From a bacterium (GTDB lineage: Bacteria; Actinomycetota; Acidimicrobiia; Spongiisociales; UBA5794), in the NCBI GenBank assembly GCA_024228555.1, contig JAAETI010000489.1:8332-72331 (forward strand): DNA of 64,000 bases. Direction: 5' to 3'. The position numbers and the translations under genes were made by a program. Of the stretch, positions 10,227 through 19,497 are shown one piece after another. Under the pieces are notes generated by a model that saw nothing but the letters and a program-made list of their open reading frames with translations, did not search any database and had not been told where the DNA came from. Position 1 is the stretch's first letter. Every line of letters starts with the position of its first letter.

Positions 10227-10964
10227 ATGGCTCACGAAGTTGCTGAACGGATCTATCGGCTCGGCGCTGATCTAGTCAACTGGTATGTCGTCGAAGATGG
10301 CGGCCGTATCACCGTCGTCGACGCCGGCAATCCCAACCAGTATTCCCAGCTGCCCGCCGCACTAGCGAAACTCGGCCGCACTATGGATGACGTGGATGCC
10401 ATCGTGCTCACCCACGCCCACGGAGACCACCTCGGCTCGGCGGCCCACATCAGAGATGTGAGCGGCGCCGACGTCCACGTTCATTCCAAAGATGTCAAGC
10501 TCGCCAGAGGTGAGAGCCACCGCGAGTATGAGCGTCACTACATCCGGGACCTGGGCCACAGCTTTGCGTGGAAGTCGCTCATGTTCTTTCTGCGAGGTGG
10601 CGCCACCAAAGCACCCCCGGTCCATGATTTGGTTGAATTTGCCCACGGAGAGGTCCTCGACATACCGGGGAGCCCGCGTGTCATCCACACCCCCGGCCAT
10701 ACCGAGGGAAGTGCCTGTTTGGAGTTCACGGAACGCGATGCAGTCATGAGCGGCGACGCTCTAGTAACCCTGAGCATCGTTACCGGTGAGCGCACCCCCC
10801 GGATCATGCCGGGGTCGTTCAATGCCAACAGTCCGGCAGCCCTGGAATCACTCAATGAACTCAGAAGCGTCAGCGCTGAGATCCTCCTCCCCGGCCACGG
10901 CGAACCGTGGCACGGGAGTATCGATGCTGCCGTCGTCCTCGCCCAGAAGACTGGCGCTAACTGA
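10227..10964 (+). CDS. MBL-fold metallo-hydrolase
   Basis: THAHGDHLG (HxHxDH), HTPGHT, SGDAL, LLPGHG motifs; GGAGGG RBS. Confidence 0.93.
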   Translation: MAHEVAERIYRLGADLVNWYVVEDGGRITVVDAGNPNQYSQLPAALAKLGRTMDDVDAIVLTHAHGDHLGSAAHIRDVSGADVHVHSKDVKLARGESHREYERHYIRDLGHSFAWKSLMFFLRGGATKAPPVHDLVEFAHGEVLDIPGSPRVIHTPGHTEGSACLEFTERDAVMSGDALVTLSIVTGERTPRIMPGSFNANSPAALESLNELRSVSAEILLPGHGEPWHGSIDAAVVLAQKTGAN

Positions 10965-11121
10965 CGGGCTCGACGTTGATATCCAGCGGCAGCGGCCAAT
11001 CTCCGACCAGCCACTGCCCAGCCTCCACGAATTCTGGTTCTGGCTCGACCGGTGCCAGGTCGGGGGTTTCGGTCCTGTCCAATTCGACAATGATCACTCT
11101 TTGTTGATTGCCAATGTCCAT
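10957..11121 (-). CDS. 54-aa acidic, Pro-rich small protein (MDIGNQQRVIIVE...)
   Basis: ATG at 11121 preceded by GAGGAG; overlaps the 3' end of the upstream gene by 28 nt. Confidence 0.6.
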   Translation of the reverse strand: MDIGNQQRVIIVELDRTETPDLAPVEPEPEFVEAGQWLVGDWPLPLDINVEPVS

Positions 11122-11942
11122 GGTGTGGCCCTCCTCTTGTGTGCCATGACGAACGTCTCCATCTCTGTGAGACGTTGTCCGTGTGTTTCTATCTTCCGTT
11201 CGCACCGAATCACCGCCGGGTCGGCAAAGACACCGTCAATCGTGCCTGCATCGCTGGTCAGCACCACGTGCTTTCCAAGCGAAGCAGCCAGCGCTATCAC
11301 CGTTGCCGACGCGGCGCGGTAACCCTCGTCATGCTCGACCACTTTGCCGGTCAGAGCGACCAAGCCGAGCGCCACGTCACCGATTGCCGTCACATCGAAC
11401 TCGGTATAGAGGGGGTCGACCAACTTTGCTGCGTAGACCCCGCAACCGAGGCGCCCGCATCTCCCATCGGTATGCGGGATCTCCTCGCCGCCACCACGTG
11501 AAAGACAGGTGGCAACAAGAGTGCGTTCCGGCCAGGGCATCTTGACTCCGTGCAGAGCCTCCTCACCGACACCCCACAGGCGAAAGCCAAGGACCGGCGT
11601 CGGAGACCATCCCTCGGCATGGTCCTGCTTCGCCCTTACGATCACATCCTCGAGGCAGAACTCAACCCAGCGCTCGATCCTCTGCACCTCCGAGGACATG
11701 GAGTTGATGTCAACCTGAATCCGAGCCACCTCTTCTTCGAGCTTGGCCAGTCGCCGTTGCCGACTTGCCATGGCGGCGTTCGCCTTCGTGACGTCGATCA
11801 TTCCGCTCAATTCGCCGTAGCGTTCCTGGTACAGACGAACGGTCCGACGCAGTTCTGCGAGTCTCTGGGTGGGCTCAATGTTGAGAACTGGCTCCATCAC
11901 GATCTCCGAGCGAACGGCCTTCGACCATATGTCACCGAACAT
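11094..11942 (-). CDS. Hypothetical protein: N-terminal coiled coil plus a Cys-containing domain (GFRLW...ATC...CGRLGCGVYA...GKVVEHDEGYRA)
   Basis: 282-aa ORF; heptad-like N-terminal third; the C-terminal motif pattern resembles an uncharacterised domain family recalled from actinobacteria and phages. Confidence 0.7.
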   Translation of the reverse strand: MFGDIWSKAVRSEIVMEPVLNIEPTQRLAELRRTVRLYQERYGELSGMIDVTKANAAMASRQRRLAKLEEEVARIQVDINSMSSEVQRIERWVEFCLEDVIVRAKQDHAEGWSPTPVLGFRLWGVGEEALHGVKMPWPERTLVATCLSRGGGEEIPHTDGRCGRLGCGVYAAKLVDPLYTEFDVTAIGDVALGLVALTGKVVEHDEGYRAASATVIALAASLGKHVVLTSDAGTIDGVFADPAVIRCERKIETHGQRLTEMETFVMAHKRRATPWTLAINKE

Positions 11943-12038
11943 CTGTTCGCAACCGAGTTACGGCCCCGTTTTTCGCGACCTAGGCATAGATTTCGCGATC
12001 CTCGCGAGGCGCGGTCGATCCCAGGTAGCGTCACCACA

Positions 12039-12608
12039 ATGAGTGACGGGACACCAAAGATTGCGGCGCACACTCCCGGTGAGTTCCGAGATTGGCTCGA
12101 AGCCAATCATGCGAGCGAGTCATCCGCCTGGCTCATCTTGTGGAAGAAGTCGAGCGGACGCCAGTTGATGACGATCGGTGATGCAATCGATCAAGCGCTC
12201 TGTTTTGGCTGGGTGGACTCCAAGAGCCGATCTCTCGACGACAACCGCTACCTGGTCTACTTCTCTGTCCGCAAGCGTGGCAGCGGCTGGTCCAAGATCA
12301 ACAAAAACAAGATCGCCAAGCTCGAGGCAGCCGCGGCCATGGCTCCCGCAGGAACAGCCGCAGTGGCTCGCGCCAAGGAAGACGGGTCATGGACGATGCT
12401 GGATGGCCCGGAAGCCGGGATCGTACCTCCTGACCTCAAAGCTGCCCTTGAAGCGGCGGGCGCCCGCCACGGTTTCGACAACCTGACCCCCGGTGCTCGC
12501 AAGGCGATCCTCACCTGGCTGGTGACTGCGAAACGCGATGCGACCCGTCAGAGTCGCATCGAAAGAGCTGTCGCCGCAGCCCGAGACGGCAAGTCACCGC
12601 TCGCCTAA
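12039..12608 (+). CDS. YdeI/OmpD-associated family protein
   Basis: FRDWLEANH...WLILWKK...ALCFGWVDS...RKRGSGWSKINK...VPPDLKAAL...AKRDATRQSRIE. True start is the ATG at 12039; the ORF-track extension to 11550 is the antisense shadow of the neighbouring gene. Confidence 0.9.
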   Translation: MSDGTPKIAAHTPGEFRDWLEANHASESSAWLILWKKSSGRQLMTIGDAIDQALCFGWVDSKSRSLDDNRYLVYFSVRKRGSGWSKINKNKIAKLEAAAAMAPAGTAAVARAKEDGSWTMLDGPEAGIVPPDLKAALEAAGARHGFDNLTPGARKAILTWLVTAKRDATRQSRIERAVAAARDGKSPLA

Positions 12609-13441
12609 ACGCCAACGGACTTCTGAATCTCAGCAACCACGAGCGGCGCAGAATCACCAAACAAGAAAGTGATGTGGTTGCCAGGGATCTCGACCAGGGT
12701 CGAGTTCTCGATCCACCCCAACGTGCGTTCGGCCACCTCTCGGGTCACGATCGGACCTACGTCCGCTGATCCCAGCTGATCTGGGGCGCGCAGCAGCAGT
12801 GTTGGCTGCCCGATTCTGCGCACAATCTCCGGCCATTGGATATCGAGCGTGGCCAGCGCCGCCGCCCGGATATGCTCCGGGTCCGAGATCGCTTGCACCG
12901 TCCCATCCGGGTTCGTTCGCAGATCCCTGCGGTAGTACTCCTCGATAGCCGGGTCCCACCATCCGTTGAAGTACGGAGCTGCCTTCACCAACGCCAGATA
13001 CTCGTCCCAGGATGGAAAGACCATGCCGAGACGATCAAGCGATGGCTTGATCTGATCCATGATTCCGATGTGTACCTCGGCAGGAGCATCCATGGCAACA
13101 CATGCGGACACCCGGTCCGGGTGATTCGCCGCCAAGTAGTACGAGACGAGGCCACCAAACGAGTGGCCACCCACGATCGCCCTATCGATGTTCAGAGCAT
13201 CCATGAACCCCAACACATCGGCGGCATGGGTGGCAACGTCATACAGCCCGTCCGGCGCATCGCTTTGTCCGCGACCGCGTAGATCGACTGCGAGCACCCG
13301 AAGATGATCTGCAAGACCGGCCTGCAGCAGACCACCAAAGGAATGGGCATTTGCCGTCAACCCGGGAAGGAGAATGAGGGTCGGGCCACCTCCATCATGA
13401 TCTAGATAGTGGAGACGGACCTGACCGGTTTCAGCAAACAT
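12605..13441 (-). CDS. Alpha/beta-fold hydrolase
   Basis: LLPGLT, DLRGRGQS, nucleophile motif GHSFGG, C-terminal GNH. Confidence 0.9.
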   Translation of the reverse strand: MFAETGQVRLHYLDHDGGGPTLILLPGLTANAHSFGGLLQAGLADHLRVLAVDLRGRGQSDAPDGLYDVATHAADVLGFMDALNIDRAIVGGHSFGGLVSYYLAANHPDRVSACVAMDAPAEVHIGIMDQIKPSLDRLGMVFPSWDEYLALVKAAPYFNGWWDPAIEEYYRRDLRTNPDGTVQAISDPEHIRAAALATLDIQWPEIVRRIGQPTLLLRAPDQLGSADVGPIVTREVAERTLGWIENSTLVEIPGNHITFLFGDSAPLVVAEIQKSVGV

Positions 13442-14961
13442 CAGCCCTCCATGTATTCATCACGAATGATCCTTCGCAAAGTCTTGCCCGCAACGCTCAG
13501 GGGGAACTCATTGAGCACGATCACCTCACGCAGCTTCTGGAACCTGGCGTCGACACGATCATTGACCCACTCAAGCACGGCAACAGGATCGGCCCCGAAC
13601 TCCGGCTCGAGTCGCACCGCCGCCACCGGGCTCTCCCCCCACCGGTCGTCCTCGACTCCAAAAACAGCAACGTCGGTGACCGCCGGGTGTTGGATGACGA
13701 TCTCCTCGATATCGCGCGGGTAGACGTTCACTCCACCAGAGATGATGAGGTCCTTCTTCCTATCAACCAGAAACAGAAAGCCATCGTCGTCGACATACCC
13801 AAGATCACCGCTGTACAGCCACCCGTCCTTGATCGCCTCGGCGGTGAGGTCGGGCCGCTTGTAGTAACCGGGCATGGTGATCGGTCCCCTGCCGACGATC
13901 TCACCGACCTCACCTGCGGGAAGGTCGCTTCCGTCATCGTCAACGATCCGCATCTCGTAGAGAGGCGGAGGAACGCCAACGGATCCGGGTTTGGCGACGA
14001 AATCGTCACGATCCAGGATCGTGACAAACCCCTCGGTGAGACCGTAGAGCTCGTAGAACCGGTTGGGGAGCCGCCGCGCCAGCTCCTCCTTGTGCTCCAA
14101 ATGAAGTGGAGCCCCCACCGAGCACACCATCTCCAATGCTGGCAGATGTTCCTCGTCGAAGTCGTCCTCGGCGAGCAGGGCGATGATCTGCGACGGCACT
14201 GTCATGATGTGAGTGACCTTTTCCGCCGCCATCAGGTCGATCATCCCCCGGGCATCAAACGAAGGCATCAGAACGTAGGTAGCCCCTAGATAGAACGCCG
14301 GCATTAGGGTCAAGAATGCCCCGTTGAACACCAACGAGCCGCTGTGCAGAATCACGCTCTCCGGCTTGATTCGGTACGACGCTGTAAACCCGGTGCAGTA
14401 GGCCATCCGGATGTAATGGTTGTGGACGATCCCCTTTGGCTGTCCCGTGGTGCCAGAGCTGTAGATGATGTTGTACGGATCCTCATCGACAACATCTACC
14501 CAGGGGGGCTCCTCCCCCGAGGCTGCTCCGGTGAGTTCGTGATAGTTGCGATACCCGGGTACGGCATCGGCGTCGGTGATCACGTATCGATCGGTTGCCA
14601 CGCTGATCCGCTCCCGCACGGCATCGAAGTGCGCAACCATGCTCTGCATCGTGATCACCGCTGCTGAGTCAGCATCGTTGACAAGTGTCACCAAACCATC
14701 GCCACGCAACAGCGGGCTGAGCGGCACCACGACCAGGCCGGTCTTGGCCACCGCCTGGTAGATCTCAAGCAGCTCGAGAGAGTTGTCCAACACAACCGCC
14801 ACCTTGTCACCACGTTGCAGCCCCAGAGTCAACAGGCTATTCGCCAGCCGATTGATCCTGATATTGAACTCGGCGTGGGTGTAGCGCCGTCCCTCAAACA
14901 CCACCGCGTTGTGGTTTGGCCGGTATTGCGCATGACGGGTCGCAAGCGTGTTTATGGGCAT
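13441..14961 (-). CDS. Acyl-CoA synthetase (class I adenylate-forming enzyme)
   Basis: YSSGTTGQPKG, YGLTEG, SGDLGYVD, DRKKDLIISGGVNVYP, GKTLRR. Confidence 0.95.
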   Translation of the reverse strand: MPINTLATRHAQYRPNHNAVVFEGRRYTHAEFNIRINRLANSLLTLGLQRGDKVAVVLDNSLELLEIYQAVAKTGLVVVPLSPLLRGDGLVTLVNDADSAAVITMQSMVAHFDAVRERISVATDRYVITDADAVPGYRNYHELTGAASGEEPPWVDVVDEDPYNIIYSSGTTGQPKGIVHNHYIRMAYCTGFTASYRIKPESVILHSGSLVFNGAFLTLMPAFYLGATYVLMPSFDARGMIDLMAAEKVTHIMTVPSQIIALLAEDDFDEEHLPALEMVCSVGAPLHLEHKEELARRLPNRFYELYGLTEGFVTILDRDDFVAKPGSVGVPPPLYEMRIVDDDGSDLPAGEVGEIVGRGPITMPGYYKRPDLTAEAIKDGWLYSGDLGYVDDDGFLFLVDRKKDLIISGGVNVYPRDIEEIVIQHPAVTDVAVFGVEDDRWGESPVAAVRLEPEFGADPVAVLEWVNDRVDARFQKLREVIVLNEFPLSVAGKTLRRIIRDEYMEG

Positions 14962-14990
14962 CGTTGACTCCCCTTCCGTAACATGACCAT

Positions 14991-15770
14991 ATGCTCATTG
15001 GTCCCGTCGCTATTGCCACTGTCTTCACACAGAGTCAGTTCGACGAATACGCAAGACTCTCTGGTGACGACAACCCCATCCATGTTGACCCGCACTTTGC
15101 CTCGCAGACACGTTTCGGATGCACGGTTGCTCACGGCATGTTCTTGTACTCCGCCCTCCAAGCGGCCGTGGCCGCCCAAGCCGCCCAGCCGATCCGGCTG
15201 TCCGCTCAAGAGTTCATGTTCACGGCCCCCACCTACACCGGCGATCCACTGATCCTTTCGCTGCATCCCGCTGGCGATTCCATCGTCGAAGAGATCACCG
15301 ATTCCACCGGCACTGTCACCCTCAAGGGCAAGACCCGTCTCGGGGAACCCGATGGACGTGAACCGGGACCCGCTGAGCTTGTGGTGTCTCCCGGATACAA
15401 GAGCTTTGAAGTCGGTATGACCGCAAGCCGCACGAGAAGCTTCACGAAGGACGATGTGTCCGGGTTTCTGCGGCTGGTTGGTGACCGCAACCCGCTGTTC
15501 GCAGGCGACACCCCCGAATTGCCGCCGGCTCTGCTCGCCGGGATGGACTCGTGCGTGCTCGGGGTGGACCTTCCGGGGCGCGGTACCAGCTGGCTCAAGC
15601 AGAGCTTCGAATATCACCGGCCGGTTGTCGTACCGGTTGAGGTCACGTGCCGGGTCACGATCACCCGGATCCGGCCAGAGAAAGGCCTGATCAACTTGGC
15701 AACGACATGCTCGGTAGCCGACGGAACGATCTCGTCCGGCAAGGCCCTCGTTCTGGCGATCGATGTCTAG
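14991..15770 (+). CDS. Double MaoC/hotdog-domain dehydratase (PhaJ-like R-specific enoyl-CoA hydratase family)
   Basis: LSGDDNPIHVD...AHGMF hydratase motif in domain 1; degenerate second domain LVGDRNPLF. Confidence 0.85.
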   Translation: MLIGPVAIATVFTQSQFDEYARLSGDDNPIHVDPHFASQTRFGCTVAHGMFLYSALQAAVAAQAAQPIRLSAQEFMFTAPTYTGDPLILSLHPAGDSIVEEITDSTGTVTLKGKTRLGEPDGREPGPAELVVSPGYKSFEVGMTASRTRSFTKDDVSGFLRLVGDRNPLFAGDTPELPPALLAGMDSCVLGVDLPGRGTSWLKQSFEYHRPVVVPVEVTCRVTITRIRPEKGLINLATTCSVADGTISSGKALVLAIDV

Positions 15771-15778
15771 CGGCGGAG

Positions 15779-16549
15779 TCACCGCTCTCGCCCCAAGAAT
15801 GCCGCCATCCCCTGCAGAGCTTCGGGGGTGATGATCTGCTCCACAAAAGCCTCTCGCTCCGCCTCCAAACCGGCGGCGACCTCCTTGTGGCCCCGCCACA
15901 ACAACCGTTTGGTGCTGGCAACCGATGCCGGGGCCATCGCGGCGATGTCCTGCGCCGCCGCTTGAGCCGCGGCAACAGTCGATCCCCCATCCACCACCTC
16001 CGACACGATCCCCCAAGAAGCAGCTTGGTCGGCGCGAATGGTTCGGTTGCGCAGCAGGATGTCGCTCGTTCGCTTTGTGCCGATTAGGTCGGGGAGCATT
16101 GCCGTCCACCCACCATCGGGAGAGAAGCCTACGACGCAATACCAAGGCGTGATCGTTGCATCACGAGCCATCAGCACCACATCGGACCCGAGGATGAGAC
16201 CGATCGATCCGCCGGTGACCACACCGTGGACCGCAGCCACAATCGGTTGCGGAAGCTGCAACATCGTCAGGATCACTCTATTGAGCAGCCCGACCGTTTC
16301 GGAGGCATAGTCGGCGAGACCGTCACCTGCGCTGAAGAACCCCCTCACGTCCCCGCCCGTGGAAAAGGAACGCCCCTCCGCACCAAGCACCACGGCCCGG
16401 ATCGAGGGGTCGGCAGCCACGTCCTCGAGGGCAACCCACAAGTCGGTAAGCAACTCGGGGACCAGACTGTTATGACGATCGGGTCGGTTCAATGTCACAG
16501 TGGCCACAGCACCCATGCGGTGCGTCTTGACGAGGTTCGCCCTACTCAC
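15779..16549 (-). CDS. Enoyl-CoA hydratase/isomerase (crotonase) family
   Basis: TVTLNRPDRHNSL, FSTGGD, AAVHGVVTGGSIG, PDGG. GTG start at 16549 after GGAGAA; the ORF-track start at 16837 runs through the phaC remnant. Confidence 0.92.
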   Translation of the reverse strand: MSRANLVKTHRMGAVATVTLNRPDRHNSLVPELLTDLWVALEDVAADPSIRAVVLGAEGRSFSTGGDVRGFFSAGDGLADYASETVGLLNRVILTMLQLPQPIVAAVHGVVTGGSIGLILGSDVVLMARDATITPWYCVVGFSPDGGWTAMLPDLIGTKRTSDILLRNRTIRADQAASWGIVSEVVDGGSTVAAAQAAAQDIAAMAPASVASTKRLLWRGHKEVAAGLEAEREAFVEQIITPEALQGMAAFLGRER

Positions 16550-16910
16550 TTCGATTCTCCGGAACGCGCTGCCAGCCAGGCGGCGAGAGTTGGCCACAGC
16601 ACATGCCGAGCCTTGTTGCCTGCCATGATCCCGATGTGGCCGGCACCGAGCACCTCGGCTTGCCCCAATCAACGACCCACACGTCGTACTGGTGATCTCG
16701 CAGAAACCCCGCCATGGTTCGCGCCGGGTGCAGGTCAAACACATACCACTTGCTGAGCAGAGAAGGGACCAGCACAATCGGGACGGGGTACACGTCGGTC
16801 CCGGCTGGCTGGAGCCGATGCAGCCGGACATCGTCAACTACCTCGTAGATCTCGGCGGGCGATCTGTCAGTTGCCGATTCCATGGTGCCGGGACCAACTG
16901 CAGCGTTCAC
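16546..16910 (-). pseudogene. phaC: PHA synthase (class III/IV PhaC-like) with a large internal deletion
   Basis: Frame 1 gives the PhaC N-terminus (PIVLVPSLLSKWYVFDLHPAR...DVWVVDWGKP). A different frame immediately gives the PhaC C-terminus (EVLGAGHIGIMAGNKARHVLWPTLAAWLAARSGESK*). The catalytic GxCxGG region is missing. Both ends have GTGA overlaps with the neighbouring genes. Confidence 0.8.
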
Positions 16911-18403
16911 GACAGCGTCTCTTTCAGCGAGCGCTTCAGCACCTTGCCGGCAGCGTTGCGCGGGAGCTCGTCGATGACCCGAACGTGCTTGGGGATCTTG
17001 TACCGCGCGAGCTTGTCGCCGCAGAACGCCAGCAGATCGTCACCATCAAAGCCTTCTACCTGGCGGGGCACAACCACGGCGACACCGACCTCTCCCCAGC
17101 GTTCATCGGCAACACCGATGACGGCGACATCCAAGACGTTGGGGTGGTGGAATAGGACTTGCTCGACTTCCGCCGGATAGACGTTCTCACCACCCGAGAT
17201 GTACATGTCCTTCCATCGGTCCACGATGAAGACATAGCCATCCGCATCGATCCGGGCAGCATCCCCCGTGTGTAGCCAGTCGTCGGTAAAGGAGCTCTCG
17301 TTGGCTTCGGGTCGTTCCCAATAGCCGGGAGTGACGTTTGGCCCACGCACCCAAAGCTCACCCACCTCGTCAGTGGCAACGTCGTTCCCGTCCTCGTCGA
17401 CCACCCGAATCTCGGTGTGTAGTGCGGGCTTCCCCACCGAGCCGACCTTGGAGACGGCGTGTGCCTCGTCCGTCAGAAACACAGTCGGACTGGTCTCGGT
17501 CAACCCCATCCCCTGCCGGATCACGACGCCACGATTCGAGTAACGCTCTAGCAGGGCCACCGGCATCGGCGCCCCGCCACAGGCCCACGACTCGACCTTG
17601 CTGAGATCGGCTTCCTCCCACCGCGGGTGCTCGGCAAGGAACTGATAGATCGCCGGAACGCCAAAGAAGTGCGTGATCTCCCCGCTCTCGAGCCACTCCA
17701 GGACCTTCCCCGGATCGAATTCGGCCATGTTGACCGATCGGGCTCCGAGATGCAGACAAGGCGTGGTGTACAGATTGAGACCGCCGGTGTGGAACGTGGG
17801 CAGCACATTGAGGTTGGTGGACTTCGAGGTGAGATCGACAGCATGCCCGATGTTGATGGCATTCCAGAAAATCATGCCGTGGGTGACGATTGCGCCTTTG
17901 GGATGACCCGTTGTCCCCGACGTATACATGATGGCCCACGGGTCGTCGAAGGTTGCGCTGACCGGTCCAATCGGATCGGGGTCGCTCTGCGCCTTTGCAG
18001 CCGAGTAGTCATCCCCCAGTTGCAGTTTGACCGGTGCGGCCAGTTCCGCAGCCGTCACCGCAAACTGCTCCTGATAGATCAGCACCCGGGGACGGCAGTC
18101 ATCGACAATGAACTGCTGCTCAGGGATCGCCAACCGCCAGTTGAGTGGCACCAGAATGGCGGTCAGCTTGGCGCACGCAAACAAAGCCTCGAAGACATCG
18201 GTCGTGTTCCCGGCAAGGAATGCAACCCGGTCACCTTTTACCACCCCGTTGTCGGCCAGCCAGGCGGCAAGACGACGGCTTTGCTCATCGAGCTCAGCGT
18301 ACGAAAGGGTCAGGTCGCGACCCTCGTCAACGAGGGCAGCCTTGTCAGGTGACTGGTCTGCATGGTGGGCAATCCAATCGAATGCCGCCAATTCCCGTGT
18401 CAT
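16907..18403 (-). CDS. Acyl-CoA synthetase (long-chain fatty acid-CoA ligase / MenE-like)
   Basis: YTSGTTGHPKG, GMGLTET, TGDAARID, DRWKDMYISGGENVYP, AAGKVLK. Confidence 0.95.
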   Translation of the reverse strand: MTRELAAFDWIAHHADQSPDKAALVDEGRDLTLSYAELDEQSRRLAAWLADNGVVKGDRVAFLAGNTTDVFEALFACAKLTAILVPLNWRLAIPEQQFIVDDCRPRVLIYQEQFAVTAAELAAPVKLQLGDDYSAAKAQSDPDPIGPVSATFDDPWAIMYTSGTTGHPKGAIVTHGMIFWNAINIGHAVDLTSKSTNLNVLPTFHTGGLNLYTTPCLHLGARSVNMAEFDPGKVLEWLESGEITHFFGVPAIYQFLAEHPRWEEADLSKVESWACGGAPMPVALLERYSNRGVVIRQGMGLTETSPTVFLTDEAHAVSKVGSVGKPALHTEIRVVDEDGNDVATDEVGELWVRGPNVTPGYWERPEANESSFTDDWLHTGDAARIDADGYVFIVDRWKDMYISGGENVYPAEVEQVLFHHPNVLDVAVIGVADERWGEVGVAVVVPRQVEGFDGDDLLAFCGDKLARYKIPKHVRVIDELPRNAAGKVLKRSLKETLS

Positions 18404-18417
18404 CCCGGTTTCCCTCC

Positions 18418-19497
18418 TTATGACGTCGGTCTCTCTCCAGGGCTAAGCAAAGTCCGCAGCCGCTCCCAGCCCTCTTTACGTTTTGCCGCTTTGGCCCGCC
18501 ATGTACCCACAATTCCGTAGGGCAGATAGAGCACCAGCACCACATAGGCGAGACCAATCAGGAGCTCTGACGCAGCCCCGAACCAACGATCGAGATAGAA
18601 CTGGAGCAGGCGATAAACCGCGGCACCGACAAGTGCGCCGGTGATGGTGCCGACGCCCCCGATCAGGATTATGAGCAGGGCGGTGACGGTAAAGCCGAGG
18701 CCTGCGATGTTGGGGGTGACGATTGGCTGATGCATGGTGTGCAGCACTCCGCCCAACGAAGCGGTGACCGAAGCAATCACAAGCACCAGCAGCTTGAACC
18801 AAAACGTGTTGTAGCCGAGCATCAGCGCCCGGTCCTCGTTCTCGCGGATCGCATGGAACACCTTGCCCGATGGCGAGTCGATGATCCGCAAGTACAGGAC
18901 GTAGCAGAGGATCATCAGCGTCATCGTCACCAGGTAGAAGGCAAAGCGCTCGTTGGTTGTATCTAGGAACCAAACCGGCGCCCTCACCCCCTGCAGTCCG
19001 ATTTCCGCTCCCGCCCACTGCTGGAGGTCGCTCGATTGGATCACGATCCAAAACACTGAGGCCAACCCGAGCGTCACCAGGGCGAACGCGATTCCTTTGA
19101 CTCGAACCAGCACCACGCCAAACAAGAACGCCTGGAGAATGGCCGCAATCAGAACGACAACCAGAGCGGCTACCCACTGCATCTCGTGGGTCTTCAGCAT
19201 GATGCCAAAGGTGTAGGCACCGACCGCAAAGAACATGGCATGTCCAAACGACAACAGACCGGTCACGCCCAGGATCAGGTCGTAGCTGAGCGCATAGATA
19301 GCGAGGATGAAGATCTCGATCGCCAGGCCTTGCAGAAAGCGAGCGTTGCCCTGATCGTTCGCAATCACTGCGCCGAGTCCTTGGCCATCGACGATGATCG
19401 AGACGAGGAACGGGAACGCAATGAGCAGCGCAACCATTGCCAGCAAGCCGCGACGCCTGCGCAACCAACTCTGCGGTGTCGGAGTAAGGGTCGTCAT
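18418..19497 (-). CDS. livM: Liv-type (HAAT) ABC transporter permease, LivM-like
   Basis: YDLILGVTGLLSFGHAMFF, AIRENEDRALMLG, IIGGVGTITG-type motifs. Confidence 0.9.
   Translation of the reverse strand: MTTLTPTPQSWLRRRRGLLAMVALLIAFPFLVSIIVDGQGLGAVIANDQGNARFLQGLAIEIFILAIYALSYDLILGVTGLLSFGHAMFFAVGAYTFGIMLKTHEMQWVAALVVVLIAAILQAFLFGVVLVRVKGIAFALVTLGLASVFWIVIQSSDLQQWAGAEIGLQGVRAPVWFLDTTNERFAFYLVTMTLMILCYVLYLRIIDSPSGKVFHAIRENEDRALMLGYNTFWFKLLVLVIASVTASLGGVLHTMHQPIVTPNIAGLGFTVTALLIILIGGVGTITGALVGAAVYRLLQFYLDRWFGAASELLIGLAYVVLVLYLPYGIVGTWRAKAAKRKEGWERLRTLLSPGERPTS

Noticed and set aside
11550-12038. N-terminal extension of the YdeI/OmpD ORF (352 aa in the track)
   Set aside because: Antisense shadow of 11094-11942; the family match begins at the ATG at 12039.
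16550-16837. N-terminal extension of the crotonase
   Set aside because: It is the third reading frame across the phaC remnant; the real GTG start with RBS is at 16549.
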